64,000 nt of DNA from Auanema rhodensis (GCA_964057225.1 OZ059897.1:21390001-21454000); one strand, 5' to 3'; counted from the stretch's first letter, positions 1 to 14,900 are shown. Program-made: numbers and translations. The notes: a model not told the origin generated them from the sequence alone.

Positions 1-176
1 GTGCACTTGGTATGTAACTCGCTTCACGTGAAAGATAAAGAGATGCGGTTCTCAAAATTAGATTCCCCATGTCCATATTAGTCTAAAAACAAATTTTTAT
101 TGATATTGGTTCATGGTAACCATGACTTTGAAATTTACGTGAACTTTAATTTATGCCAATTAAATGTACACGTGAT

Positions 177-346
177 GTGCACTTGGTATGTAACTCGCTT
201 CACGAGAAAGATAAAGAGATGCGGTTTTCAAAATTAGATTCCCCATGTCCATATTAGTCTAAAAACAAATTTTTATTGGTTCATGGTAACCAAGACTTTG
301 AAATTTACGTGAACTTTAATTTATGCTAATTAAATGTACACGTGAT
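177..346 (+). repeat. 170-bp monomer with 6-bp deletion (TATTGATATTG -> TATTG)
   Basis: 271-280 reads ttttattggt instead of ttttattgatattggt; the next GTGCAC is at 347. Confidence 0.95.
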
Positions 347-1578
347 GTGCACTTGGTATGTAACCCGCTTCACGTGAAAGATAAAGAGATGCGGTTTTCA
401 AAATTAGATTCCCCATGTCCATATTAGTCTAAAAACAAATTTTTATTGATATTGGTTCATGGTAACCATGACTTTGAAATTTACGTGAACTTTAATTTAT
501 GCTAATTAAATGTACACGTGATGTGCACTTGGTATGTAACTCGCTTCACGTGAAAGATAAAGAGATGCGGTTTTCAAAATTAGATTCCCCATGTCCATAT
601 TAGTCTAAAAACGAATTTTTATCGATATTGGTTCATGGTAACCATGACTTTGAAATTTACGTGAACTTTAATTTATGCTAATTAAATGTACACGTGATGT
701 GCACTTGGTATGTAACTCGCTTCACGTGAAAGATAAAGAGATTCGGTTTTCAAAATTAGATTCCCCATGTCCATATTAGTCTAAAAACAAATTTTTATCG
801 ATATTGGTTCATGGTAACCATGACTTTGAAATTTACGTGAACTTTAATTTATGCTAATTAAATGTACACGTGATGTGCACTTGGTATGTAACTCGCTTCA
901 CGTGAAAGATAAAGAAATGCGGTTTTCAAAATTAGATTCCCCATGTCCATATTAGTCTAAAAACAAATTTTTATTGATATTGGTGCATGGTAACCAAGAC
1001 TTTGAAATTTACGTGAACTTTAATTTATGCTAATTAAATGTACACGTGATGTGCACTTGGTATGTAACTCGCTTCACGTGAAAGATGAAGAGATGCGGTT
1101 TTCAAAATTAGATTCCCCATGTCCATATTAGTCTAAAAACAAATTCTTATTGATATTGGTTCATGGTAACCATGACTTTGAAATTTACGTGAACTTTAAT
1201 TTATGCTAATTAAATGTACACGTGATGTGCACTTGGTATGTAACTCGCTTCACGTGAAAGATAAAGAGATGCGGTTTTCAAAATTAGATTCCCCATGTCC
1301 ATATTAGTCTAAAAACAAATTTTTATCGATATTGGTTCATGGTAACCATGACTTTGAAATTTACGTGAACTTTAATTTATGCTAATTAGATGTACACGTG
1401 ATGTGCACTCGGTATGTAACTCGCTTCACGTGAAAGATAAAGAGATGCGGTTTTCAAAATTAGATTCCCCATGTCCATATTAGTCTAAAAACAAATTTTT
1501 ATTGATATTGGTTCATGGTAACCATGACTTTGAAATTTACGTGTACTTTAATTTATGCTAATTAAATGTACACGTGAT

Positions 1579-1754
1579 GTGCACTTGGTATGTAACTCGC
1601 TTCACGTGAAAGATAAAGAGATGCGGTTTTCAAAATTAGATTCCCCATGTCCATATTAGTCTAAAAACAAATTTTTATTGATATTGGTTCATGGTAACCA
1701 TGACTTTGAAATTTACGTGAACTTTAATTTATGCTAATTAAATGTACACGTGAT
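1579..1754 (+). repeat. Representative consensus 176-bp monomer
   Basis: No variant positions seen; 56/176 G+C; 5 CpG. Contains GTGCAC, two CACGTG, GGTAACC and TGTACA. Confidence 0.95.
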
Positions 1755-4700
1755 GTGCACTTGGTATGTAACTCGCTTCACGTGAAAGATAAAGAGATGC
1801 GGTTTTCAAAATTAGATTCCCCATGTCCATATTAGTCTAAAAACAAAAAATTTTATTGATATTGGTTCATGGTAACCATGACTTTGAAATTTACGTGAAC
1901 TTTAATTTATGCTAATTAAATGTACACGTGATGTGCACTTGGTATGTAACTCGCTTCACGTGAAAGATAAAGAGATGCGGTTTTCAAAATTAGATTCCCC
2001 ATGTCCATATTAGTCTAAAAACAAATTTTTATTGATATTGGTTCATGGTAACCATGACTTTGAAATTTACGTGAACTTTATTTTATGCTAATTAAATGTA
2101 CACGTGATGTGCACTTGGTATGTAACTCGCTTCACGTGAAAGATAAAGAGATGCGGTTTTCAAAATTAGATTCCCCATGTCCATATTAGTCTAAAAACAA
2201 ATTTTTATTGATATTGGTGCATGGTAACCATGACTTTGAAATTTACGTGAACTTTAATTTATGCTAATTAAATGTACACGTGATGTGCACTTGGTATGTA
2301 ACTCGCTTCACGTAAAAGATGAAGAGATGCGGTTTTCAAAATTAGATTCCTCATGTCCATATTAGTCTAAAAACAAATTTTTATTGATATTGGTGCATGG
2401 TAACCATGACTTTGAAATTTACGTGAACTTTAATTTATGCTAATTAAATGTACACGTGATGTGCACTTGGTATGTAACTCGCTCCACGTGAAAGATAAAG
2501 AGATTCGGTTTTCAAAATTAGATTCCCCATGTCCATATTAGTCTAAAAACAAATTTTTATTGATATTGGTTCATGGTAACCATGACTTTGAAATTTACGT
2601 GAACTTTAATTTATGCTAATTAAATGTACACGTGATGTGCACTTGGTATGTAACTCGCTTCACGTGAAAGATAAAGAGATGCGGTTTTCAAAATTAGATT
2701 CCCCATGTCCATATTAGTCTAAAAACGAATTTTTATCGATATTGGTTCATGGTAACCATGACTTTGAAATTTACGTGAACTTTAATTTATGCTAATTAAA
2801 TGTACACGTGATGTGCACTTGGTATGTAACTCGCTTCACGTGAAAGATAAAGAGATTCGGTTTTCAAAATTAGATTCCCCATGTCCATATTAGTCTAAAA
2901 ACAAATTTTTATCGATATTGGTTCATGGTAACCATGACTTTGAAATTTACGTGAACTTTAATTTATGCTAATTAAATGTACACGTGATGTGCACTTGGTA
3001 TGTAACTCGCTTCACGTGAAAGATAAAGAAATGCGGTTTTCAAAATTAGATTCCCCATGTCCATATTAGTCTAAAAACAAATTTTTATTGATATTGGTGC
3101 ATGGTAACCAAGACTTTGAAATTTACGTGAACTTTAATTTATGCTAATTAAATGTACACGTGATGTGCACTTGGTATGTAACTCGCTTCACGTGAAAGAT
3201 GAAGAGATGCGGTTTTCAAAATTAGATTCCCCATGTCCATATTAGTCTAAAAACAAATTTTTATTGATATTGGTTCATGGTAACCATGAATTTGAAATTT
3301 ACGTGAACTTTAATTTATGCTAATTAAATGTACACGTGATGTGCACTTGGTATGTAACTCGCTTCACGTGAAAGATAAAGAGATGCGGTTTTCAAAATTA
3401 GATTCCCCATGTCCATATTAGTCTAAAAACAAATTTTTATTGATATTGGTTCATGGTAACCATGACTTTGAAATTTACGTGAACTTTATTTTATGCTAAT
3501 TAAATGTACACGTGATGTGCACTTGGTATGTAACTCGCTTCACGTGAAAGATAAAGAGATGCGGTTTTCAAAATTAGATTCCCCATGTCCATATTAGTCT
3601 AAAAACGAATTTTTATCGATATTGGTTCATGGTAACCATGACTTTGAAATTTACGTGAACTTTAATTTATGCTAATTAAATGTACACGTGATGTGCACTT
3701 GGTATGTAACTCGCTTCACGTGAAAGATAAAGAGATTCGGTTTTCAAAATTAGATTCCCCATGTCCATATTAGTCTAAAAACAAATTTTTATTGATATTG
3801 GTGCATGGTAACCATGACTTTGAAATTTACGTGAACTTTAATTTATGCTAATTAAATGTACACGTGATGTGCACTTGGTATGTAACTCGCTTCACGTGAA
3901 AGATAAAGAGATGCGGTTTTCAAAATTAGATTCCCCATGTCCATATTAGTCTAAAAACAAATTTTTATTGATATTGGTTCATGGTAACCATGACTTTGAA
4001 ATTTACGTGAACTTTAATTTATGCTAATTAAATGTACACGTGATGTGCACTTGGTATGTAACTCGCTTCACGTGAAAGATAAAGAGATGCGGTTTTCAAA
4101 ATTAGATTCCCCATGTCCATATTAGTCTAAAAACAAAAAATTTTATTGATATTGGTTCATGGTAACCATGACTTTGAAATTTACGTGAACTTTAATTTAT
4201 GCTAATTAAATGTACACGTGATGTGCACTTGGTATGTAACTCGCTTCACGTGAAAGATAAAGAGATGCGGTTTTCAAAATTAGATTCCCCATGTCCATAT
4301 TAGTCTAAAAACAAATTTTTATTGATATTGGTTCATGGTAACCATGACTTTGAAATTTACGTGAACTTTATTTTATGCTAATTAAATGTACACGTGATGT
4401 GCACTTGGTATGTAACTCGCTTCACGTGAAAGATAAAGAGATGCGGTTTTCAAAATTAGATTCCCCATGTCCATATTAGTCTAAAAACAAATTTTTATTG
4501 ATATTGGTGCATGGTAACCATGACTTTGAAATTTACGTGAACTTTAATTTATGCTAATTAAATGTACACGTGATGTGCACTTGGTATGTAACTCGCTTCA
4601 CGTGAAAGATAAAGAAATGCGGTTTTCAAAATTAGATTCCCCATGTCCATATTAGTCTAAAAACAAATTTTTATTGATATTGGTTCATGGTAACCATGAC

Positions 4701-4859
4701 TTTGAAATTTACGTGAATTTTAATTTATGCTAATTAAATGTACACGTGATGTGCACTTGGTATGTAACTCGCTTCACGTGAAAGATAAAGAGATGCGGTT
4801 TTCAAAATTAGATTCCCCATGTCCATATTAGTCTAAAAACAAATTTTTATTGATATTGG

Positions 4860-7480
4860 TTCATGGTAACCATGACTTTGAAATTTACGTGAACTTTATT
4901 TTATGCTAATTAAATGTACACGTGATGTGCACTTGGTATGTAACTCGCTTCACGTGAAAGATAAAGAGATGCGGTTTTCAAAATTAGATTCCCCATGTCC
5001 ATATTAGTCTAAAAACAAATTTTTATTGATATTGGTGCATGGTAACCATGACTTTGAAATTTACGTGAACTTTAATTTATGCTAATTAAATGTACACGTG
5101 ATGTGCACTTGGTATGTAACTCGCTTCACGTAAAAGATGAAAAGATGCGGTTTTCAAAATTAGATTCCTCATGTCCATATTAGTCTAAAAACAAATTTTT
5201 ATTGATATTGGTGCATGGTAACCATGACTTTGAAATTTACGTGAACTTTAATTTATGCTAATTAAATGTACACGTGATGTGCACTTGGTATGTAACTCGC
5301 TCCACGTGAAAGATAAAGAGATGCGGTTTTCAAAATTAGATTCCCCATATCCATATTAGTCTAAAAACAAATTTTTATTGATATTGGTGCATGGTAACCA
5401 TGACTTTGAAATTTACGTGAACTTTAATTTATGCTAATTAAATGTACACGTGATGTGCACTTGGTATGTAACTCGCTTCACGTAAAAGATAAAGAGATGC
5501 GGTTTTCAAAATTAGATTCCCCATGTCCATATTAGTCTAAAAACAAATTTTTATTGATATTGGTTCATGGTAACCATGACTTTGAAATTTACGTGAACTT
5601 TAATTTATGCTAATTAAATGTACACGTGATGTGCACTTGGTATGTAACTCGCTTCACGTGAAAGATAAAGAGATGCGGTTTTCAAAATTAGATTCCCCAT
5701 GTCCATATTAGTCTAAAAACAAATTTTTATTGATATTGGTGCATGGTAACCATGACTTTGAAATTTACGTGAACTTTAATTTATGCTAATTAAATGTACA
5801 CGTGATGTGCACTTGGTATGTAACTCGCTTCACGTAAAAGATAAAGAGATGCGGTTTTCAAAATTAGATTCCCCATGTCCATATTAGTCTAAAAACAAAT
5901 TTTTATTGATATTGGTGCATGGTAACCATGACTTTGAAATTTACGTGAACTTTAATTTATGCTAATTAAATGTACACGTGATGTGCACTTGGTATGTAAC
6001 TCGCTTCACGTGAAAGATAAAGAGATTCGGTTTTCAAAATTAGATTCCCCATGTCCATATTAGTCTAAAAACAAATTTTTATCGATATTGGTTCATGGTA
6101 ACCATGACTTTGAAATTTACGTGAACTTTAATTTATGCTAATTAAATGTACACGTGATGTGCACTTGGTATGTAACTCGCTTCACGTGAAAGATAAAGAA
6201 ATGCGGTTTTCAAAATTAGATTCCCCATGTCCATATTAGTCTAAAAACAAATTTTTATTGATATTGGTGCATGGTAACCAAGACTTTGAAATTTACGTGA
6301 ACTTTAATTTATGCTAATTAAATGTACACGTGATGTGCACTTGGTATGTAACTCGCTTCACGTGAAAAATGAAGAGATGCGGTTTTCAAAATTAGATTCC
6401 CCATGTCCATATTAGTCTAAAAACAAATTCTTATTGATATTGGTTCATGGTAACCATGACTTTGAAATTTACGTGAACTTTATTTTATGCTAATTAAATG
6501 TACACGTGATGTGCACTTGGTATGTAACTCGCTTCACGTGAAAGATAAAGAGATGCGGTTTTCAAAATTAGATTCCCCATGTCCATATTAGTCTAAAAAC
6601 AAATTTTTATTGATATTGGTGCATGGTAACCATGACTTTGAAATTTACGTGAACTTTAATTTATGCTAATTAAATGTACACGTGATGTGCACTTGGTATG
6701 TAACTCGCTTCACGTAAAAGATGAAAAGATGCGGTTTTCAAAATTAGATTCCTCATGTCCATATTAGTCTAAAAACAAATTTTTATTGATATTGGTGCAT
6801 GGTAACCATGACTTTGAAATTTACGTGAACTTTAATTTATGCTAATTAAATGTACACGTGATGTGCACTTGGTATGTAACTCGCTCCACGTGAAAGATAA
6901 AGAGATGCGGTTTTCAAAATTAGATTCCCCATATCCATATTAGTCTAAAAACAAATTTTTATTGATATTGGTGCATGGTAACCATGACTTTGAAATTTAC
7001 GTGAACTTTAATTTATGCTAATTAAATGTACACGTGATGTGCACTTGGTATGTAACTCGCTTCACGTAAAAGATAAAGAGATGCGGTTTTCAAAATTAGA
7101 TTCCCCATGTCCATATTAGTCTAAAAACAAATTTTTATTGATATTGGTTCATGGTAACCATGACTTTGAAATTTACGTGAACTTTAATTTATGCTAATTA
7201 AATGTACACGTGATGTGCACTTGGTATGTAACTCGCTTCACGTGAAAGATAAAGAGATGCGGTTTTCAAAATTAGATTCCCCATGTCCATATTAGTCTAA
7301 AAACAAATTTTTATTGATATTGGTGCATGGTAACCATGACTTTGAAATTTACGTGAACTTTAATTTATGCTAATTAAATGTACACGTGATGTGCACTTGG
7401 TATGTAACTCGCTTCACGTAAAAGATAAAGAGATGCGGTTTTCAAAATTAGATTCCCCATGTCCATATTAGTCTAAAAAC
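4860..7480 (+). repeat. Partial duplication with 9-monomer (1584 bp) offset
   Basis: Variant pairs GATGAAAAG at 5142/6726, CCTCA at 5169/6753 and CCCCATATCC at 5349/6933 are all 1584 apart. Boundaries approximate. Confidence 0.75.
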
Positions 7481-10400
7481 AAATTTTTATTGATATTGGT
7501 TCATGGTAACCATGACTTTGAAATTTACGTGAACTTTATTTTATGCTAATTAAATGTACACGTGATGTGCACTTGGTATGTAACTCGCTTCACGTGAAAG
7601 ATAAAAAGATGCGGTTTTCAAAATTAGATTCCCCATGTCCATATTAGTCTAAAAACAAATTTTTATTGATATTGGTGCATGGTAACCATGACTTTGAAAT
7701 TTACGTGAACTTTAATTTATGCTAATTAAATGTACACGTGATGTGCACTTGGTATGTAACTCGCTTCACGTAAAAGATGAAGAGATGCGGTTTTCAAAAT
7801 TAGATTCCTCATGTCCATATTAGTCTAAAAACAAATTTTTATTGATATTGGTGCATGGTAACCATGACTTTGAAATTTACGTGAACTTTAATTTATGCTA
7901 ATTAAATGTACACGTGATGTGCACTTGGTATGTAACTCGCTTCACGTGAAAGATCAAGAGATGCGGTTTTCAAAATTAGATTCCCCATGTCCATATTAGT
8001 CTAAAAACAAATTTTTATTGATATTGGTTCATGGTAACCATGACTTTGAAATTTACGTGAACTTTAATTTATGCTAATTAAATGTACACGTGATGTGCAC
8101 TTGGTATGTAACTCGCTTCACGTGAAAGATCAAGAGATGCGGTTTTCAAAATTAGATTCCCCATGTCCATATTAGTCTAAAAACAAATTTTTATTGATAT
8201 TGGTGCATGGTAACCATAACTTTGAAATTTACGTGAACTTTAATTTATGCTAATTAAATGTACACGTGATGTGCACTTGGTATGTAACTCGGTCCACGTG
8301 AAAGATAAAGAGATGCGGTTTTCAAAATTAGATTCCCCATATCCATATTAGTCTAAAAACAAATTTTTATTGATATTGGTGCATGGTAACCATGACTTTG
8401 AAATTTACGTGAACTTTAATTTATGCTAATTAAATGTACACGTGATGTGCACTTGGTATGTAACTCGCTTCACGTAAAAGATAAAGAGATGCGGTTTTCA
8501 AAATTAGATTCCCCATGTCCATATTAGTCTAAAAACAAATTTTTATTGATATTGGTTCATGGTAACCATGACTTTGAAATTTACGTGAACTTTAATTTAT
8601 GCTAATTAAATGTACACGTGATGTGCACTTGGTATGTAACTCGCTTCACGTGAAAGATAAAGAGATGCGGTTTTCAAAATTAGATTCCCCATGTCCATAT
8701 TAGTCTAAAAACAAATTTTTATTGATATTGGTGCATGGTAACCATGACTTTGAAATTTACGTGAGCTTTAATTTATGCTAATTAAATGTACACGTGATGT
8801 GCACTTGGTATGGAACTCGCTTCACGTGAAAGATAAAGAGATGCGGTTTTCAAAATTAGATTCCCCATGTCCATATTAGTCTAAAAACAAATTTTTATTG
8901 ATATTGGTTCATGGTAACCATGACTTTGAAATTTACGTGAACTTTAATTTATGCTAATTAAATGTACACGTGATGTGCACTTGGTATGTAACTCGCTTCA
9001 CGTGAAAGATAAAGAGATTCGGTTTTCAAAATTAGATTCCCCATGTCCATATTAGTCTAAAAACAAATTTTTATTGATATTGGTGCATGGTAACCATGAC
9101 TTTGAAATTTACGTGAACTTTAATTTATGCTAATTAAATGTACACGTGATGTGCACTTGGTATGTAACTCGCTTCACGAGAAAGATAAAGAGATGCGGTT
9201 TTCAAAATTAGATTCCCCATGTCCATATTAGTCTAAAAACAAATTTTTATTGATATTGGTTCATGGTAACCATGACTTTGAAATTTACGTGAACTTTAAT
9301 TTATGCTAATTAAATGTACACGTGATGTGCACTTGGTATGTAACTCGCTTCACGTGAAAGATAAAGAGATGCGGTTTTCAAAATTAGATTCCCCATGTCC
9401 ATATTAGTCTAAAAACAAATTTTTATCGATATTGGTTCATGGTAACCATGACTTTGAAATTTACGTGAACTTTAATTTATGCTAATTAAATGTACATGTG
9501 ATGTGCACTTGGTATGTAACTCGCTTCACGTGAAAGATAAAGAGATGCGGTTTTCAAAATTAGATTCCCCATGTCCATATTAGTCTAAAAACAAATTTTT
9601 ATTGATATTGGTTCATGGTAACCATGACTTTGAAATTTACGTGAACTTTAATTTATGCTAATTAAATGTACACGTGATGTGCACTTGGTATGTAACTCGC
9701 TTCACGTGAAAGATAAAGAGATTCGGTTTTCAAAATTAGATTCCCCATGTCCATATTAGTCTAAAAACAAATTTTTATTGATATTGGTGCATGGTAACCA
9801 TGACTTTGAAATTTACGTGAACTTTAATTTATGCTAATTAAATGTACACGTGATGTGCACTTGGTATGTAACTCGCTCCACGTGAAAGATAAAGAGATGC
9901 GGTTTTCAAAATTAGATTCCCCATGTCCATATTAGTCTAAAAACAAATTTTTATTGATATTGGTGCATGGTAACCATGACTTTGAAATTTACGTGAACTT
10001 TAATTTATGCTAATTAAATGTACACGTGATGTGCACTTGGTATGTAACTCGCTTCACGTAAAAGATAAAGAGATGCGGTTTTCAAAATTAGATTCCCCAT
10101 GTCCATATTAGTCTAAAAACAAATTTTTATTGATATTGGTTCATGGTAACCATGACTTTGAAATTTACGTGAACTTTAATTTATGCTAATTAAATGTACA
10201 CGTGATGTGCACTTGGTATGTAACTCGCTTCACGTGAAAGATAAAGAGATGCGGTTTTCAAAATTAGATTCCCCATGTCCATATTAGTCTAAAAACAAAT
10301 TTTTATTGATATTGGTGCATGGTAACCATGACTTTGAAATTTACGTGAACTTTAATTTATGCTAATTAAATGTACACGTGATGTGCACTTGGTATGGAAC

Positions 10401-10493
10401 TCGCTTCACGTGAAAGATAAAGAGATGCGGTTTTCAAAATTAGATTCCCCATGTCCATATTAGTCTAAAAACAAATTTTTATTGATATTGGTT

Positions 10494-11951
10494 CATGGTA
10501 ACCATGACTTTGAAATTTACGTGAACTTTAATTTATGCTAATTTAATGTACACGTGATGTGCACTTGGTATGTAACTCGCTTCACGTGAAAGATAAAGAG
10601 ATTCGGTTTTCCAAATTAGATTCCCCATGTCCATATTAGTCGAAAAACAAATTTTTATTGATATTGGTGCATGGTAACCATGACTTTGAAATTTACGTGA
10701 ACTTTAATTTATGCTAATTAAATGTACACGTGATGTGCACTTGGTATGTAACTCGCTTCACGAGAAAGATAAAGAGATGCGGTTTTCAAAATTAGATTCC
10801 CCATGTCCATATTAGTCTAAAAACAAATTTTTATTGATATTGGATCATGGTAACCATGACTTTGAAATTTACGTGAACTTTAATTTATGCTAATTAAATG
10901 TACACGTGATGTGCACTTGGTATGTAACTCGCTTCACGTAAAAGATAAAGAGATGCGGTTTTCAAAATTAGATTCCCCATGTCCATATTAGTCTAAAAAC
11001 AAATTTTTATTGATATTGGTGCATGGTAACCATGACTTTGAAATTTACGTGAACTTTAATTTATGCTAATTAAAAGTACACGTGATGTGCACTTGGTATG
11101 TAACTCGCTTCACGTGAAAGATCAAGAGATGCGGTTTTCAAAATTAGATTCCCCATGTCCATATTAGTCTAAAAACAAATTTTTATTGATATTGGTGCAT
11201 GGTAACCATGACTTTGAAATTTACGTGAACTTTAATTTATGCTAATTTAATGTACACGTGATGTGCACTTGGTATGTAACTCGCTTCACGTGAAAGATAA
11301 AGAGATTCGGTTTTCCAAATTAGATTCCCCATGTCCATATTAGTCGAAAAACAAATTTTTATTGATATTGGTGCATGGTAACCATGACTTTGAAATTTAC
11401 GTGAACTTTAATTTATGCTAATTAAATGTACACGTGATGTGCACTTGGTATGTAACTCGCTTCACGAGAAAGATAAAGAGATGCGGTTTTCAAAATTAGA
11501 TTCCCCATGTCCATATTAGTCTAAAAACAAATTTTTATTGATATTGGATCATGGTAACCATGACTTTGAAATTTACGTGAACTTTAATTTATGCTAATTA
11601 AATGTACACGTGATGTGCACTTGGTATGTAACTCGCTTCACGTAAAAGATAAAGAGATGCGGTTTTCAAAATTAGATTCCCCATGTCCATATTAGTCTAA
11701 AAACAAATTTTTATTGATATTGGTGCATGGTAACCATGACTTTGAAATTTACGTGAACTTTAATTTATGCTAATTAAAAGTACACGTGATGTGCACTTGG
11801 TATGTAACTCGCTTCACGTGAAAGATCAAGAGATGCGGTTTTCAAAATTAGATTCCCCATGTCCATATTAGTCTAAAAACAAATTTTTATTGATATTGGT
11901 GCATGGTAACCATGACTTTGAAATTTACGTGAACTTTAATTTATGCTAATT
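10494..11951 (+). repeat. 4-mer HOR tandem duplication (704 bp x2)
   Basis: Variants AATTTAATG (10544/11248), TTCCAAA, AGTCGAAAA (~10642/11346), GGATCATGG and TAAAAGTAC all repeat at exactly +704. Confidence 0.92.
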
Positions 11952-14900
11952 AAATGTACACGTGATGTGCACTTGGTATGTAACTCGCTTCACGTAAAAG
12001 ATGAAGAGATGCGGTTTTCAAAATTAGATTCCTCATGTCCATATTAGTCTAAAAACAAATTTTTATTGATATTGGTGCATGGTAACCATGACTTTGAAAT
12101 TTACGTGAACTTTAATTTATGCTAATTAAATGTACACGTGATGTGCACTTGGTATGTAACTCGCTTCACGTGAAAGATCAAGAGATGCGGTTTTCAAAAT
12201 TAGATTCCCCATGTCCATATTAGTCTAAAAACAAATTTTTATTGATATTGGTGCATGGTAACCATAACTTTGAAATTTACGTGAACTTTAATTTATGCTA
12301 ATTAAATGTACACGTGATGTGCACTTGGTATGTAACTCGCTCCACGTGAAAGATAAAGAGATGCGGTTTTCAAAATTAGATTCCCCATATCCATATTAGT
12401 CTAAAAACAAATTTTTATTGATATTGGTGCATGGTAACCATGACTTTGAAATTTACGTGAACTTTAATTTATGCTAATTAAATGTACACGTGATGTGCAC
12501 TTGGTATGTAACTCGCTTCACGTAAAAGATAAAGAGATGCGGTTTTCAAAATTAGATTCCCCATGTCCATATTAGTCTAAAAACAAATTTTTATTGATAT
12601 TGGTTCATGGTAACCATGACTTTGAAATTTACGTGAACTTTAATTTATGCTAATTAAATGTACACGTGATGTGCACTTGGTATGTAACTCGCTTCACGTG
12701 AAAGATAAAGAGATGCGGTTTTCAAAATTAGATTCCCCATGTCCATATTAGTCTAAAAACAAATTTTTATTGATATTGGTGCATGGTAACCATGACTTTG
12801 AAATTTACGTGAGCTTTAATTTATGCTAATTAAATGTACACGTGATGTGCACTTGGTATGGAACTCGCTTCACGTGAAAGATAAAGAGATGCGGTTTTCA
12901 AAATTAGATTCCCCATGTCCATATTAGTCTAAAAACAAATTTTTATTGATATTGGTTCATGGTAACCATGACTTTGAAATTTACGTGAACTTTAATTTAT
13001 GCTAATTAAATGTACACGTGATGTGCACTTGGTATGTAACTCGCTTCACGTGAAAGATAAAGAGATTCGGTTTTCAAAATTAGATTCCCCATGTCCATAT
13101 TAGTCTAAAAACAAATTTTTATTGATATTGGTGCATGGTAACCATGACTTTGAAATTTACGTGAACTTTAATTTATGCTGAATAAATGTACACGTGATGT
13201 GCACTTGGTATGTAACTCGCTTCACGTGAAAGATAAAGAGATGCGGTTTTCAAAATTAGATTCCCCATGTCCATATTAGTCTAAAAACAAATTTTCATTG
13301 ATATTGGTTCATGGTAACCATGACTTTGAAATTTACGTGAACTTTAATTTATGCTAATTAAATGTACACGTGATGTGCACTTGGTATGTAACTCGCTTCA
13401 CGTGAAAGATAAAGAGATGCGGTTTTCAAAATTAGATTCCCCATGTCCATATTAGTCTAAAAACAAATTTTTATCGATATTGGTTCATGGTAACCATGAC
13501 TTTGAAATTTACGTGAACTTTAATTTATGCTAATTAAATGTACACGTGATGTGCACTTGGTATGTAACTCGCTTCACGTGAAAGATAAAGAGATGCGGTT
13601 TTCAAAATTATATTCCCCATGTCCATATTAGTCTGAAAACAAATTTTTATTGATATTGGTGCATGGTAACCATGACTTTGAAATTTACGTGAACTTTAAT
13701 TTATGCTAATTAATTGTACACGTGATGTGCACTTGGTATGGAACTCGCTTCACGTGAAAGATAAAGAGATGCGGTTTTCAAAATTAGATTCCCCATGTCC
13801 ATATTAGTCTAAAAACAAATTTTTATTGATATTGGTTCATGGTAACCATGACTTTGAAATTTACGTGAACTTTAATTTATGCTAATTAAATGTACACGTG
13901 ATGTGCACTTGGTATGTAACTCGCTTCACGTGAAAGATAAAGAGATTCGGTTTTCAAAATTAGATTCCCCATGTCCATATTAGTCTAAAAACAAATTTTT
14001 ATTGATATTGGTGCATGGTAACCATGACTTTGAAATTTACGTGAACTTTAATTTATGCTAATTAAATGTACACGTGATGTGCACTTGGTATGTAACTCGC
14101 TCCACGTGAAAGATAAAGAGATGCGGTTTTCAAAATTAGATTCCCCATGTCCATATTAGTCTAAAAACAAATTTTTATTGATATTGGTGCATGGTAACCA
14201 TGACTTTGAAATTTACGTGAACTTTAATTTATGCTAATTAAATGTACACGTGATGTGCACTTGGTATGTAACTCGCTTCACGTAAAAGATAAAGAGATGC
14301 GGTTTTCAAAATTAGATTCCCCATGTCCATATTAGTCTAAAAACAAATTTTTATTGATATTGGTTCATGGTAACCATGACTTTGAAATTTACGTGAACTT
14401 TAATTTATGCTAATTAAATGTACACGTGATGTGCACTTGGTATGTAACTCGCTTCACGTGAAAGATAAAGAGATGCGGTTTTCAAAATTAGATTCCCCAT
14501 GTCCATATTAGTCTAAAAACAAATTTTCATTGATATTGGTTCATGGTAACCATGACTTTGAAATTTACGTGAACTTTAATTTATGCTAATTAAATGTACA
14601 CGTGATGTGCACTTGGTATGTAACTCGCTTCACGTGAAAGATAAAGAGATGCGGTTTTCAAAATTAGATTCCCCATGTCCATATTAGTCTAAAAACAAAT
14701 TTTTATCGATATTGGTTCATGGTAACCATGACTTTGAAATTTACGTGAACTTTAATTTATGCTAATTAAATGTACACGTGATGTGCACTTGGTATGTAAC
14801 TCGCTTCACGTGAAAGATAAAGAGATGCGGTTTTCAAAATTATATTCCCCATGTCCATATTAGTCTGAAAACAAATTTTTATTGATATTGGTGCATGGTA

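Noticed and set aside
2307-2316. TTCACGTAAA variant as quasi-palindrome template-switch correction (it is the exact reverse complement of TTTACGTGAA at monomer 134-143)
   Set aside because: A single G>A transition spread by duplication explains it equally well, and the two cannot be distinguished from sequence.
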